A stretch of 64,000 nt of DNA. It comes from Takakia lepidozioides (taxonomy: Eukaryota; Plantae; Bryophyta). A program made the position numbers and the translations under genes. The notes under the pieces were generated by a model, which did no database searches, had not been told where the DNA came from, and saw nothing but the letters and a program-made list of their open reading frames with translations. Positions within the stretch are counted from its first letter, which is position 1, and every line of letters begins with the position of its first letter. Location of the stretch: positions 27,528,001-27,592,000 of the forward strand of contig CM060734.1 in the NCBI GenBank assembly GCA_030704615.1. Direction: 5' to 3'. This document shows, piece by piece, positions 36,070 to 49,184 of this stretch.

Positions 36070-39000
36070 CATCCTCTCCTCTCAAGGCTTTCAAAACCTC
36101 CTCTGTAAAAGATCTGCTAAGATACTGTTGGTTCTGTTTCATGGCAAACATAATGTTTAGTATTTGGCCAATTTCCCTCAACCCTGGATACTCGGCTTTG
36201 GTGCAAGTGAATCCTTGGTTCCTGAAGAAACTCGTTTCTTGGAAAAGATCCCTTATTTGCAATCTTGCCCTGTGCTCGTCCACGCTCACATTACCAGATG
36301 GTAATTCAAAAAGTTGTTGCAAGTACTGCGGAGTAACTTGTATATCTACGCCCTTCACCTAGGTAACTCCCGACTTTGGCTCAAAGTTCTTGATGAACTG
36401 ATCATCAAATCCTGATGATGCAAAGACCATTCTTTGCGCAGCAACCCGTCCAACCGCAGCTCCTTCAGCAACTGCACTGCCTGTGATGTGGCAATTGTTT
36501 GCATCTGTAAGATCGTCGTGCTCTTCACTCGTAGATCCTCCATTTCTCTAATTCGCTTCATCCCGGACAAACAAGAAGGCCTTGTTTGGAATAACTACAG
36601 GAAAGCTTGTAATGCGTATAGCATGAAAGTGTGATTAGCACAGAATGGAACAGGTAGGTGGATGTAAGCCTGCGGGGCTTGCAAATAGTGAGTGAGAGAG
36701 AAAGTACTTTCGACCTGTCCTTCTTTGCGCCACTGCGTAAGAAGTAGAGCTAGTGTATAGTCCGTGATATCCGCTATAGCTACAAAGCTATAGCTTTGAT
36801 TGCCCCTCCTGTCGAGACACTGGTTATCCGGGATAACACATATTCTTCCGCTCATAATCTTCTTAGTTTCTTGTTCTTGTTTCTTGAATGGAGTCTCCTT
36901 CACAAAATTCACGTTGCTGATTGGTCGTTGCCTCATTAGGTAACTTCTCATTTTTACCGTAATCTGTTCACATTCCATCTTGGAATGACCACTAGGACTG
37001 CATATGTGGCAAAGGTTCCCCTTTGCCGGACGCGTAAAGTGTTCCGTTACCTGTCCTCTTGATGCATTAATGGGCTCATAATAAGTTTCTGCTGATGTAC
37101 CGGGTAGGTACTTTGACGGCCCTGTTTGTCTTCTTGTGTGATGACGCTCGTTATTGCAGTACATGCAATGCAGAGTGCTTTGCCCCTTAGGCCACGTGTT
37201 TGAATTCAAACACTCTCCCGTCTCCTTCTGTCCGCATGGCACATTCTCCGAGTTTGACTTCCAAACTGTCTTTACACTTACCGGCCACTTTACTGATGTT
37301 ATCCCGTGTCCACCTGTCACTGCCCTTATGGACTGTGCAACCTGTGGGCTGTTTCGCCTGTGTTGGGCTGTGACAGGTTATGATAGACTGTGGTAGGCTG
37401 TGATATGTTGTACTAGACTGTGATGGGCTGTGATGGCTGTGTGAACACCTGTGTTCTCTACTATGGCCATACACATTCGGCTTTATGACAAGTGCTTCAT
37501 GCTCCGCTGGTGCTACTAGTGTAGTCTGTGACGACTTCTGTAATTCAAGATGCAAATCATGCTGCAATGGTCTATCATGGATACCACTTTATCCCTTAAA
37601 CTTGTTGGCATTGAATCTACCAAACATCTCTTTGTTAATGGTTTGTAACATAGCTGTGTTGTTATCATACATCTTCTGTATGACATAAGGTCATTTCCAT
37701 GGTGATTTTAGCTTAGAAGCTTTAATCTTCCCCTTCTTCTGCAACCACAGTACCAAATCACATGTCTTAAAAGTCTTCAATTTACCTTCATCAAACTGAT
37801 CCTTCCTCTTCATCTGAATTCTGGCCATGTTATCTGCTGCATCAGCACGTACTTCTTTCACATGATATAGTTCATGTTTCCTTACTTTAATTGAATCCTC
37901 CAATTCCATTCTCCGCCCCCATTCAGTTCTCATGGTAGATAATAAGAATTCCACTGGAAGTAAAGCTTCCATACCATAAACTAATTGGAATGGTGTATAC
38001 TTGGTGGTGACTTTATATGAAGTCATGTATGACCACAAAGCTGTCAACAGCTTTGTATCCCAGCCTGTCCTGTTCGCATTGACTATCTTAGCCAAAATAA
38101 TGCATAGTATTTTGTTGGTGGCCTCTGCCTGCCCATTGCCCTGTGGGTAATAGGTTGTACTCTTCTTGTGCACAATCATGAACTCCTTAGTCAATAGTTC
38201 AATGGTCTCATTAATGAAATGACTTCCCTGGTCACTGATAAATTCCAGGGGGCAGCCAAATCTTGTGATAATGTTCTCATATAGGAACCTTGCTGTGGAC
38301 TTAGCTGTGTTGTCCATCAGAGCCTTAGCTTCCATCCATTTTGTGGTATAATCAGTGGCTGTGATTATATACTTGTTCTGTATGTTCCTGGCTGGTGGAT
38401 TGATTGGTCCAACAAAGTCTAATCCCTATTTCTGAAATGGTTCAGTAGGCATTGTAGGATATAAAGCCATCTTCCCAGATCTTTGCTAGCCTCTAGCACT
38501 CATCACAGCTTTTACAATACTTGTGTACATCTCTAAACAAGGTAAGCAACTAGTAACCTGCAAGTAATATTTTCCTACTGGTAGTCTCTTCTCCAAAATG
38601 GCTTCCAGCCACTCCCTTATGAACTTCTTCCAAAACTTTATTTACCTCATGGTGGTACAAACATCGTTTAAGAACTCCATCAGGTCCTAGCTTATACAAT
38701 CTTCCTCCTATCATAGTGTATGGTAATGCCTTGATAGCTATTCTTTTCCTCTGCTCCTTCCCATAACTGGGTGGGCACTGACCATGAGTAAGGTAATATC
38801 TAATTGGCCACTGCCAATCTAACCAATCATCTGCTCCCTGCACCTCCAATGTGAATAAACTTGCATGAGGCAGTTGATCGTCTACTCCTGTGGCGGACTC
38901 TCCTGTTGAAAGGCGTGACAAGTGATCTACCACAAGATGCAAACGTCCAGGCTTGTAAACAACTTCGAACCTGAAAGGGTTACCCCCTGAAATATGCCAG

Positions 39001-41192
39001 CACAAGATTGAGTTGGAACCAGGGTCAGTACCAATCAAACAAGCAAGGTACAGGATGAATCCCAACTATGCACAGAAGATTGGGGAGGAGATTAAGAAGT
39101 TGGCTGAGGCTAAGTTCATATACCCGATAGAGTATACAACTTGGCTATCATCCATTGTGATAGTTCCCAAGAAGAATGGCAAACTGAGAGTTTGTGTGAA
39201 CTATAAGAAGTTGAATGATTGTACAAAGAAAGATCCATTTCTTTTGCCATTCACAGAAGCTGTACTGGACACTGTGGCAGGCCATGAGATGTACTCATTC
39301 ATGGATGGTTTCAGTGGGTATAACCAAGTACAAGTAGCTGAAGAGGATCAGGGAAAGATAGCTTTCATTACTAACTGGGGTTGCTTATGCATACAAAGTC
39401 ATGCCTTTTGGACTTTGTAATGCACCAGCAACTTTCCAGAGAGTGATAAGTGAATCTTTCCATGAGTATTTGGATGATTTCATGCAAGTGTTCTTAGATG
39501 ACTTCAGTGTGTACAGCTCTACGAATGAGCACTTGCAGAAGTTGGAATTTGTTTGGCCAGATGCAGATGAGAGGTCTTGGTCTGAATCCAGAAAAGTGGT
39601 ACTTTCTGTGTGAACTCAGGGGTACTTCTGGGACACATTGTGTGTAAGAAGGGACTGCTTGTGGATCCTAGAAAGACAGAAGCCATTAAAGCATCCCCAC
39701 CACCAGTAAATGTTAAGGCTCTAAGGAGATTTCTAGGACAAACCAGCTATTACATAAGGTTTGTCAGACGATATGCACAGAAGGCAGCACCATTGAGCAA
39801 ACTCTTGAAGAAGGATGCAGTGTTTACATGGACAGCTGAATGTCAACAGACTTTTGAGGAACTTACATTGTCAGTAACAACTACACTTGTACTGATTAAC
39901 CCTCATTGGCATATGGTATTAAATGTACATTGTTATGCCTCAGGAGAAGCATTGGGGGCTGTGTTAGCCCAAAATGTCACAAGAAACATAGATTCACCTG
40001 TGTACTATGCTAGCAGATTGTTGAACAGTGCTGAGAGGAACTATAGCACTACTGAAAGAGAAGCTTTGGCAATGATCTATGCAGTCAAGAAATTCATGCA
40101 TTATCTACTTGGAAGGAAGTTTATGTTTTATGTGGTCATCAGGCTTTGATTTATCTGGTGAACAAGCCTTTGATAAGTGGCAGGATAGCAAGATGGTTGA
40201 TTATCTTGCTCGAGTTTCATAACTCCAAGCAAATACATCTTTATATTTGATAAACAAGCTCTTAGCTTCCTCAAAGAATTTTGGCTGCAAGTCAGCCCCA
40301 ACTTTCACCATTCTTGGTTCCTCCTCAGTTCCCACATTCACTTCTCTCACCTGCTCTTCAGCAGTGATTGTCCATCCAACCACTACTTCATCCTGTAAAC
40401 TCACAGTGGCTGGTTCCTCTAGGATTTCTATTTCTCTCTCTTTTTCTTCATAGAAATGTGGTGGGTAACTGCTTGTTTCCCCCTCAATTGATGTTGCTGT
40501 TACTGCACCACAGCATATACCTTTAAAGCAACTCATGCCTCCCAGTTGCATTTCTGCAACCTGCTCCTACTCTGGGTGTGCAGCAAACAGAGTAGCTTCC
40601 TGCTCCTCATCAAGCCCTCCCCTCCAGTCATATTCTCTGACTCCACGAGGTCTCCGTGTAGTAGGTAGCCTACCAAATTTCTTAGTGGTGATCTGTATCT
40701 TGTGCTTCCCATCATGCACAGTCAGTAACTGGGAATTCCAGTCATGGAATACCCTGGCCTATTTCGCCATGGTCGACCCAGCAATAAGGAGTAAGCTTTC
40801 ATGACATCATCCATTTTCAACATAGTTACTGTGATCTGAAAGATCATCTTCTGAATCTGTATCTTTACTCCTCTTATCAAGCCTAATGGCTGTACACTCT
40901 TTTGATCTGCCATTGTTACTGTGAATGGGGCTGGTTTCATGTTACTTAGACCAAGCTTCTGCCTTAATTGGTCTGTCATAATATTCACTCCTGAGCCTCC
41001 ATCTATCAGTACATCAGTCAAGTCTGTGCTTCCAATTCTCAATTGGATTACTGGCATGGAATCATCAAAGTCCATGACAGTTATCCACTGGAGGTAATAG
41101 TTTAGCTTTGCTTCTGGTAACTATCATTGTACTTGCTTCTGGTACAAAACATGGCATAACCATGTGAGCTGCCACTACTGGGCCTTCATTCA
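36070..41192 (-). mobile_element. Degenerate Ty3/gypsy internal region (PR, inverted RT-RNase H, IN, extra ORF)
   Basis: VLIDGGSGVNIM; integrase ITRFGCPLEFISDQGSHF..YYPQGNGQAEATNK. Colinear with 57300-62950 apart from one inversion and a deletion of about 400 bp upstream of the protease. Confidence 0.93.
38971..40217 (+). other. Inverted RT-RNase H segment inside the minus-strand gypsy copy
   Basis: Plus-strand LKGLPPEIC..FLDDF..ARWLIIL is flanked by minus-strand VFAWSYE and FEVVYKPG. Confidence 0.9.
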
Positions 41193-41311
41193 CAAAAGAC
41201 TACCGTCTTGTAGAAAGACACATGACTTGACATATTGCACAGCGCCAGGATCTTAGGCTAAATAACATGTGCCCATGACAGTTGACAATTGTTATCAAAA
41301 GGTGAGTTCAC

Positions 41312-41649
41312 CTGGAATTCAATATGCTGTGGATTCTGAATATACTTCTCCAGATACATTCCATCGTTTCTGAATGCAGCCCCGGCCTCACTCCTGGCTT
41401 GCTGCACAGAAGCAAAAACCAGTATCAATAGAGGCGACCTATGAGACTCAGCTTACTGCTCCCATAACTCTGCCTGCCAAAGAAATTTTGTGAAATTAAA
41501 AGAGATGAACCAGTTTCTTGGGCATTTGCAGCCCTCGATGTCAAACATTTGAGGACGATGAATATATGGAGTAGTACTTGGAGCAATTTCACAAACTTAC
41601 TAGGCTCATAGCCAAGGGGCATACCACGACCCCCGCCTCCTGCTGTTGC
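41312..41649 (-). pseudogene. CAC2: Two captured exons of plastid acetyl-CoA carboxylase biotin carboxylase subunit
   Basis: AG|ATAGGGGRGMPLGYEPSKFVKLLQ|GT (41649-41578) and AG|[30 protein letters not shown]|GT (41401-41312) carry the ATP-grasp signatures GGGGRGM and YLEKY..NPRHIE.Q. Confidence 0.85.
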
Positions 41650-42388
41650 CTGACCAATCACAACACAAGATACAAACTATCAAGTTAGTTCATGATGCAA
41701 AACACTTTAGAGAGACTTTTTAGGAAAACCACTAATGAAGTTTCAAAAGGAAAAGGAACCAACAAAGAGCACCCAGACATGACAAATTATGTTCAGAGAA
41801 CTACAAGCAAGCACACATGATATCATCCTTCAGCAAGGATAATAACCATCATACTCAGTTCCATCACAAAGAATGTACTCATCATTTTTTGTACCCTTGT
41901 GGCCGTACATCCTTCCATCACCAAGAGAAGGAAAGCAGGAAGACAAACACTTTTGCTTAACACTCTAGAAAGAACACAACATAACTCAGTTATCTTTTGC
42001 ACATAGCACACAGCTATTTCTGGTTCTAATCTTCACACAGAATGGGAGAAGATAGAAGGGAGTCTTCTTACTTTTTGAATCATCTCTCTAGTCAGGACGG
42101 CCGGCTGGCTGCAATCATCGAGAGCCAGAAACTTCAGGACCAAAATACTGTCACAGTCTGTTTTTAGGTACTGTGACCTTTGGTTGCTGGCCAGTAAGTC
42201 GAGCCGACAAGCTGTGCCCAACTCCAGGTCCACCTGCAATCCAACAAAGCATTCACCTTTCACATCCTGTGCTGAACTATTAAAGCAACAGAATCACAAA
42301 CATTTAAGCACATGAATGGCATGCAATCCCCGAGGGTTGTTTCGACAATAAGCCGCCTCGTACGCATCATTTATTCGGCGTTGACATA

Positions 42389-44300
42389 TTATAACATCTT
42401 CCAGTTCGGACAGCAGCAAATGTCTCCCAATCGGTTGTCAGTCATACAATTTGTTCTCCTCCGGCACCCATGGAACCTGTAGGAGCCGGATAAACCTGGA
42501 CCTTCTTTGACTCCAATGCCCTCCCAGATTGCGGCAAAACTGCTCTCTCTCCCACCAATCTTAAATTCCTCCCGCACGTATGGTTATCTCCCAATCAGAT
42601 GTGACCCAGAAATACTGGGGATCTTTGATGTATGTCGGGTTTTCGGCATGTATGCCATGCATCTCTCTGTCTGCATCCCATACCAAGTTCTTGCCCCAAT
42701 GCACACAATTCAGAAATGTATATGGTAGCCCATCCAATGGGAGGTTGTGTCGATTGTATTCAAAACCTATGGGCATCCGATCCTCCAAGCCCACCAGCTC
42801 ATAGAAACGGCGATGGATTGGTGTACGGCATTCTGGGCAAGCGCTCGTCCGCAAGGCTTGCGGGATAAGACATGTGAGATGGAACATATGTCCACATGAT
42901 CCACGCACATGACATCCCTCTGGGCCGTATGGATTCCTACACATCGAACAAACTGTGCCATCTGATATCCATGATGGCAAAACGCCTCGTGGTATCTCCT
43001 CCCTCTGGGCCGGTTTGATGTGGCTGGTCATCCTTGTTGTGGTATCCTACTCTTCCTCTATCTCCAATTCCCAGTTTATGCTTCTGTTCGACCCCGAAAT
43101 TCTGTGCTCACATCGATCGAACATAGAATCCACATCTGCCCAATTGGTATATCCGGCGAACACGCTTGATGCGATGCGGAGATCGCTATACCTTTGCATG
43201 TTGGCATAAATGCTATCCACGCTACGGTTCGACATGCGTGCAACACGTTGCAAGCCTGATAGTGCCCGCTCTACCCGTGCTTCTCTGGAGGCCAAATGGG
43301 TCGCCCATTGTACCCAATTCTCCCAATCGCCATTCAATAGGACCCATGCCTGAATCTCCAGCGTTTTGGACAAGCGCCATACAGTTGCCATGACAATGTC
43401 CCGCTCCTTTGTAACGCGGTCGACATCTAATATCGGGTTCATCTCCGATTGAATGACAACCCTCGAGCAGTCCCCGGTTTCCAGTACTGGTTCTTTTCAT
43501 TTCCTCCTTCTCTCATCCGCAATTCGCTGTTCCTCAACCATGGTTTCATCGGCCACAGGGTCAAGGACGTCCGTAACTTCCTGAATGATGAGATCAATAT
43601 TGCGATCGGGCATCGCAAACTCCGCGTCCATGTCCATGACGTTTGTTTGAACCTTATTGTGGACAACAGTGCCTTCATTGTTTGGAGACATGTCTTGCAA
43701 TCTAGCTTCCAACTCGGCTATGCGTAGTGTTTGTCAGTCTAGTCGGTCCTGTAGGATCCTGATTCGCTGATCTCTTTCCGCTAGTTGTTCCTCTAACATT
43801 GTAGCCGGTTGTATTCCGAACGTGTCCGGGATGTACTCCAAATTGTATAGCAACCTTGCGTTCCTCCTACTAGCAGTTTGCCAATTCACTGGACGTAAGA
43901 GTATGACCTCCACGTACAACATGGCTACCAAGGTGTACAGGATTTGACCCTTTAAGAGAGGTTGACCCCACAATGTGCAATGCACCTCATTCACCCTATG
44001 CTGGAAATGCAAGTTCGTGTAAGACCTGGACTCTGCGTAATTGTTTCGGGTTTGCACGTCATGCCTATCTAGAGGCCACAATCGATTGATGTGGTACCAT
44101 TTCATGAATTTTTTGCATCTCGCCATCGGCCATCGGAACTCTTCCGGAACATCCTCCCAACCCTCTTCTGCTAGTATGCTAGGGTCACCAAATACTTCCC
44201 AATTCAAGTCTTACCTTGACCCTTTGATTTTCTTAGGGGGCGGTCCATGTTCATTGGGGTCATCTCTTCCATGACGGTCATCGTCTTGGCCCTCTGCCAT
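42389..44300 (-). pseudogene. Intronless coiled-coil + RING-H2 gene, disrupted
   Basis: Consecutive ORFs run from the ATG at 44300. RING CSMCRNPYGPEGCHVRGSCGHMFHLTCLIPQALRTSACPECR lies at about 42830-42960. Confidence 0.75.
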
Positions 44301-44654
44301 TCTACAACAATCGGAGCAACACTAAACGAGGTTTTCTAAAAAGACGTTAAGTAGGTTTGAGTAGGTGTGAAAATAGTTCCTAAAAGCTAATTTTGTAGAA
44401 TAAAATGATCCTGGAAGCCGGAGGAAGGCCTATGGGAGCATTCTGCAACGACCTCACAGAAATTGCGGCAAAAAATAACCCCCACCCCCAACCCCCTTTC
44501 CTTCTCCACATGACTACGTGTCGTGGAATAATGAAATGCCATGCACACAAAAGTTGTGTGGAGAAGAAGTGATGGGAGAATAAGCCTCCCTTGGCTCATA
44601 TCCCCCCCCCCCCCCGCCCTCATTTCTCGGGCCACGTGCAGGGCGAATCTTCTA

Positions 44655-44793
44655 GAAGCGACCGCCAACTTGGCGGTTGCTCGATTTTCCGGAAAATAAC
44701 AAAATAAGCGACCGCCAGAACTGGCGGTCGCTCCAATTTCCAGATAAATAAATAAACTGCGACCGCCAGAACTGGCAATCGCTCCATTTTTGG

Positions 44794-44833
<40 letters not shown>

Positions 44834-46640
44834 GACGCCAACATAGGCAGTCGCTTCATTTTCAAAAACTTTAAAATAAATAAGCGACCGCCAACATAGG
44901 CGGTCGCTTCATTTAAAAACAATTTAAAATAAATAAGCGACCGCCAGCATTGGGCGGTCGCTTCATTTTAGGCGGTCGCTTCATTTTCAAAAACTTTAAA
45001 ATAAATAAGCGACCGCCAACATAGGCGGTCGCTTCATTTTCAAAAACTTTAAAACAAAAAAACTGACCGCCAACGTAGGCGGTCGCTTCCTTAAAAAATA
45101 AATTTAAAATAAATAAGCGACCGCCAGCATAGCGGTCGTTTCATTTTCAAAACATTTAAAATAAATAAGCGACCGCCCACATAGGGTCGCTTTATTTCAA
45201 AACTTTAAAATAAATAAGCGCGACCGCCAACATAGGCGGTCGCTTCATTTTCAAAAACTTTAAAAAAAATAAGCGACCGCGAACATAGGCTATCGCTTCA
45301 TTTTGAAAAAATTAAAAAAAATAAGCGACCGCCAGCATAGGCGGTCGCTTCATTTTCAAAAACTTTAAAACAACGACCGCCTATGCGCGGTCGCTTCATT
45401 TTTTAAAAAAAAACAATCGCCAACGTAGGCGGTCGCTTCATTTTCAAAACACTTAAAATAAATAAGCGACCGCCAACATAGGCGGTCGCTTCATTTTCAA
45501 AAACTTAAAAAAAAATAAACGACCGCCAACAAAGGCGGTCGCTTCATTTTCAAAAACTTTAAAACAAAAAAAACGACCGCCTATGCTGGCGGTCGCTTCA
45601 TTTTTTAAAAAAAACAATCGCCAACGTAGGCGGTCGCTTCATTTTCAAAACACTTAAAATAAATAAGCGACCGCCAACATAGGCGGTCGCTTCATTTTCA
45701 AAAACTTAAAAAAAAATAAACGACCGCCAACATAGGCGGTCGCTTCATTTAAAAAATATTTAAAATAAATAAGCGACCGCCAACATAGGCAGTCGCTTCA
45801 TTTCCAAAATAATTAAAATAAAAGCGACCGCCAGTAATGGCGGTCGCACCATTTCCAAAAATAAAAAAATAAAAGCGACCGCTGCAAAAATAAAAAATAA
45901 CCATTACAGTGACCGCCAGAAATGGCGGTCGCTGCATTTTGTAAAAACAAAAACTGCCAGTAATGGAAGTGAGGGGAGAGTGAGGGGGGGAGGCCCCCCC
46001 CCCCCCCCCCCCCCGCCTCATTCCTCGCTCCACGTGCAGGGCAGACCTCGTAGAAGCGACCGCCATCATGGCGGTCGCCTTCATTTAAAACAAAAAAAAC
46101 GACTACCACAAATGGCGGTCGCTCCAAATCGCCAAAAAAAGAAAAAAAACGACCGCCAGTAATGGCGGTCGCTGCATTTATAAAAACAAAAAATAACTTC
46201 AAGCGAAGTGAGGGGAGAATGTCCCGGAGCTTATATGCCCCCCTTCCCCCCGCCTCACTCTTCGCTCCATGCGCAGGGCACACTTCGTAGAAGTGACCGC
46301 CACCTAGGCGGTCGCTCCATTTTCATTTTCAAAACAATTAAAATATAAACGACCGCCATAAATGGCGGTTGCTCCATTTCCAACCAAATTTCAATAAAAG
46401 CGACCGCCACTAATGGCGGTCGCTACAATTACAAAAAACAACAATAACGGCGACCGCCCCTAATGGCGGTCGCTCCATTTTGATTAAAAAAATAAAATAA
46501 AAAAATGACCACCAGTAACGGCGGTCACTTCATTTCCAAAATAATGACTGGGAGCTTATATCCCCCCCCCCTTCCTTCATTCCTCGTTGCACGTGGAGGG
46601 CAGACCTCGTAGAAGCGACCGTCACCTTGGCGGTCGCTCC
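44655..46640. repeat. Array of GCGACCGCC-N5/6-GGCGGTCGC inverted repeats with A-rich spacers (probably hAT-associated)
   Basis: Dozens of units of about 48-55 bp, such as aagcgaccgccaacataggcggtcgcttcatttt. A higher-order C-rich/CACGTG block lies at about 44600, 46010, 46240 and 46560. Confidence 0.93.
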
Positions 46641-47472
46641 ATTTAAATAAAAATGAATGCACAGTTGGAAGCATGGCACAATTGTTCTCCATTCCACAAG
46701 CAAATCACCGAACACAAACATGAGCGAGTGACGGGGCATTTGGCCGACATTTTGGCTGGTATACACATGGGCAACATCTTTTATTTTCCAACATATTTAC
46801 AACAGCAATACAAATACTCATAGTGACAATGATCACATTGGTATTACTTCAGTACAAAAATATAAACATGTCCACTAAAAAGTGCTGATGCATGCCTACA
46901 GCTGTTTTGCTTCAATTCCTTCTACTGCTTTGACGGCGGGACGAAGAAGATCTTAATCCTAATGCTCCGACGGGTTGAAAATCCGGGTCACCCTCGACTT
47001 CACCACCGTTGCCATGATCAGTGCTGGAATCGTCCTCCCTATCCGATCTCATATGTCCAGGCCTTTGAATCTGCAAGCGACCTCGAACCACATTTAGTTC
47101 TCTCTGAGGTCGACTCCCGCTCCGGTATTGAATACCATCCATGGTATCTGGCCTGTTTGTGGGCCGATCGCCTACGAAAGGTTGGACTGTTCTCTGTCGT
47201 TTATGGACTTGGGACGCAATCGAAGGTGGTCTCGAATGAGGTACCGGAGGGGGGACTGCCCGAGATGGATCGGCATTAGATGGTCCTGCATGTGAGGAAC
47301 CACGGGTCTGTTGCGCAACACGTCGGTTAAGGTGGAATTGTAGTGACAGGTTGTCATCATCCGAGGCTTCAACTTCCGCCCAGTCCAATGCAGCAGAATG
47401 ATGCATGCGTGTGGAAAACAGATCAACCCTGTTGCTCCTTAATGCTCGATGTATTGATGGGGAGCTGGATTG

Positions 47473-48420
47473 GTGGGTGAAACAACTTGTCAAGCGAGCA
47501 AAGACTGTTGTGTCGTTCATCCACACACACCACATCCCTTTTGCAATATATAGGAGGCACGAACCCAAATACAGCCTCCGCAATCCAGCGAAACGTTTTA
47601 TCACTAACTTCTTGATGGTGGATCGGTTGGTGACGGTGAAGAGCAGTCTGGAGTACACCATCATCGATCCTCAATGGGATGCGTACACACGGACATTGTG
47701 GGACTCCAGAAAAACCAAGTCATTGGGCAAAAGTCAAAAAGTTCGAAATAACATTCGCAGTGACGATTTCTGGAAGAAATGTGAAAACTATGTTTATATG
47801 GTGGAGCCGGTGTGAATCGTCTTGCGGGAGTTTGATGGAAAACAACCAGTAATGGGCAAGGCATGGTTACTAATGCAAAATCTTGAGAAGCACGTCCAAT
47901 CCTTGAGGCATTCTCCCTTCTCCTTGGAACCTGAACTTACGGACAGTGCTGAGGATGCATTTTACGACCGTCGTTTGATGGTTCAAACGGACTTGCATTA
48001 TGTGGGGGCTTTGCTCAATCAATTTTTACTCGACAATACCATGCTCCGAGATAACGCTGATGCCAAGGCCGGCCTCGTGCAAGTGCTCATGCGACTGGCT
48101 CCGCCGAACCATGCAGAGAGAGCTATATCCGAGTACCAATGCTTCTCAGATCGCTGCGACCCTTTTGAGGACATGTCGGATCCAAAAGAGCTCAATATGC
48201 TGCTACATGAATGGTGAGATCTGATTGGAGCTGGAGCAAGAACATTGGCTCCCATTGCGAAGCATATTCTTGCTCAAGTGTGCTCTGCCTCATCTTGCGA
48301 ACGCAATTGGAGCAGTTACTCATTTGTTCACAACAAGATTCGCAATAGGTTGAATTCCGCGAGGGATGACAAATTGGTGTATCTGTATACCAATTGCTAC
48401 GTGAGAGGGCAGCGGATGAT
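47473..48420 (+). pseudogene. hAT transposase fragment (DUF659-type, with dimerisation domain)
   Basis: WVKQLVKRAKTVVSFI..RFITNFLM..FWKKC..LREFDG..MGKAW..LHYVGALLN..LAPIAKHILAQVCSASSCERNWSSYSFVHNKIRNRL..KLVYLYTN. Confidence 0.92.
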
Positions 48421-48422
48421 GC

Positions 48423-49183
48423 TGCGACCGCTAATACTACGGTCGCTATTTTTTTTTTAATGAAAAACAAGCGACCGCCATTACTGCGGTCGCTTTTATT
48501 TCCCTTCATTTTGTACAATATTGCGGTCACTTCTATTTTGTATATTTTTAAATTTAAGCGACCGCCCGTATGGCGGTCGCTATTGTTTTTTATTTCAAAA
48601 TATAATGCGACTGCCGGAATGGCGGTCGCTTCATTTGTTAATATATTTAAAATAAAGCGACCGCCAGTAAGGTGGTCGCTTTTAATCTTTATATTTTATG
48701 GCGGTCGTTTGTTTTTCTACATATTTTTTTAAGTTAAGCGACCGCCCAATGGCGGTCGATTTTTTTTAAAATATATTTTTGAAATTATCCGACCGCCATA
48801 TGGCGGTCGCTTGTTCTGTACATATTTACAAAATTGTGCGACCGCCAATACGGCAGTCACTTGTTTTCTTTTTTAAATTAGGCGACCGCCAATTTTGTTT
48901 TTTTTTTTAAATAAATTGAAGCGACCGCCAAGATAGCGGTTGCTATTTCTTTTTTTAATTCAAAAAATAAAGCGATTGCCAGTGCGACCGCCAATCTTGT
49001 TTTTAAATAAAATAAAATTGAAGCGACCGCCAATATGGCGGTCGCTATTTCTTTTTCTATTTCAAAAAATAAAGCAACCGCCAGTGCAACCGCCAATCTT
49101 GCTTTAAAAAACAAAATTGAAGCAACCGCCAATACGGTGGTCGCTATTTCTTTTTTAATTTCGAAAAACAAAGCGACTGCCGT
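48423..49183. repeat. Second GCGACCGCC/GGCGGTCGC array
   Basis: Same motif as 44655-46640 with mostly T-rich spacers. Confidence 0.9.
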
Positions 49184-49184
49184 A

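Noticed and set aside
46912-47664. 250-aa minus-strand ORF as a single gene
   Set aside because: Its first third is the antisense of the hAT transposase, so it is chimeric across a junction.
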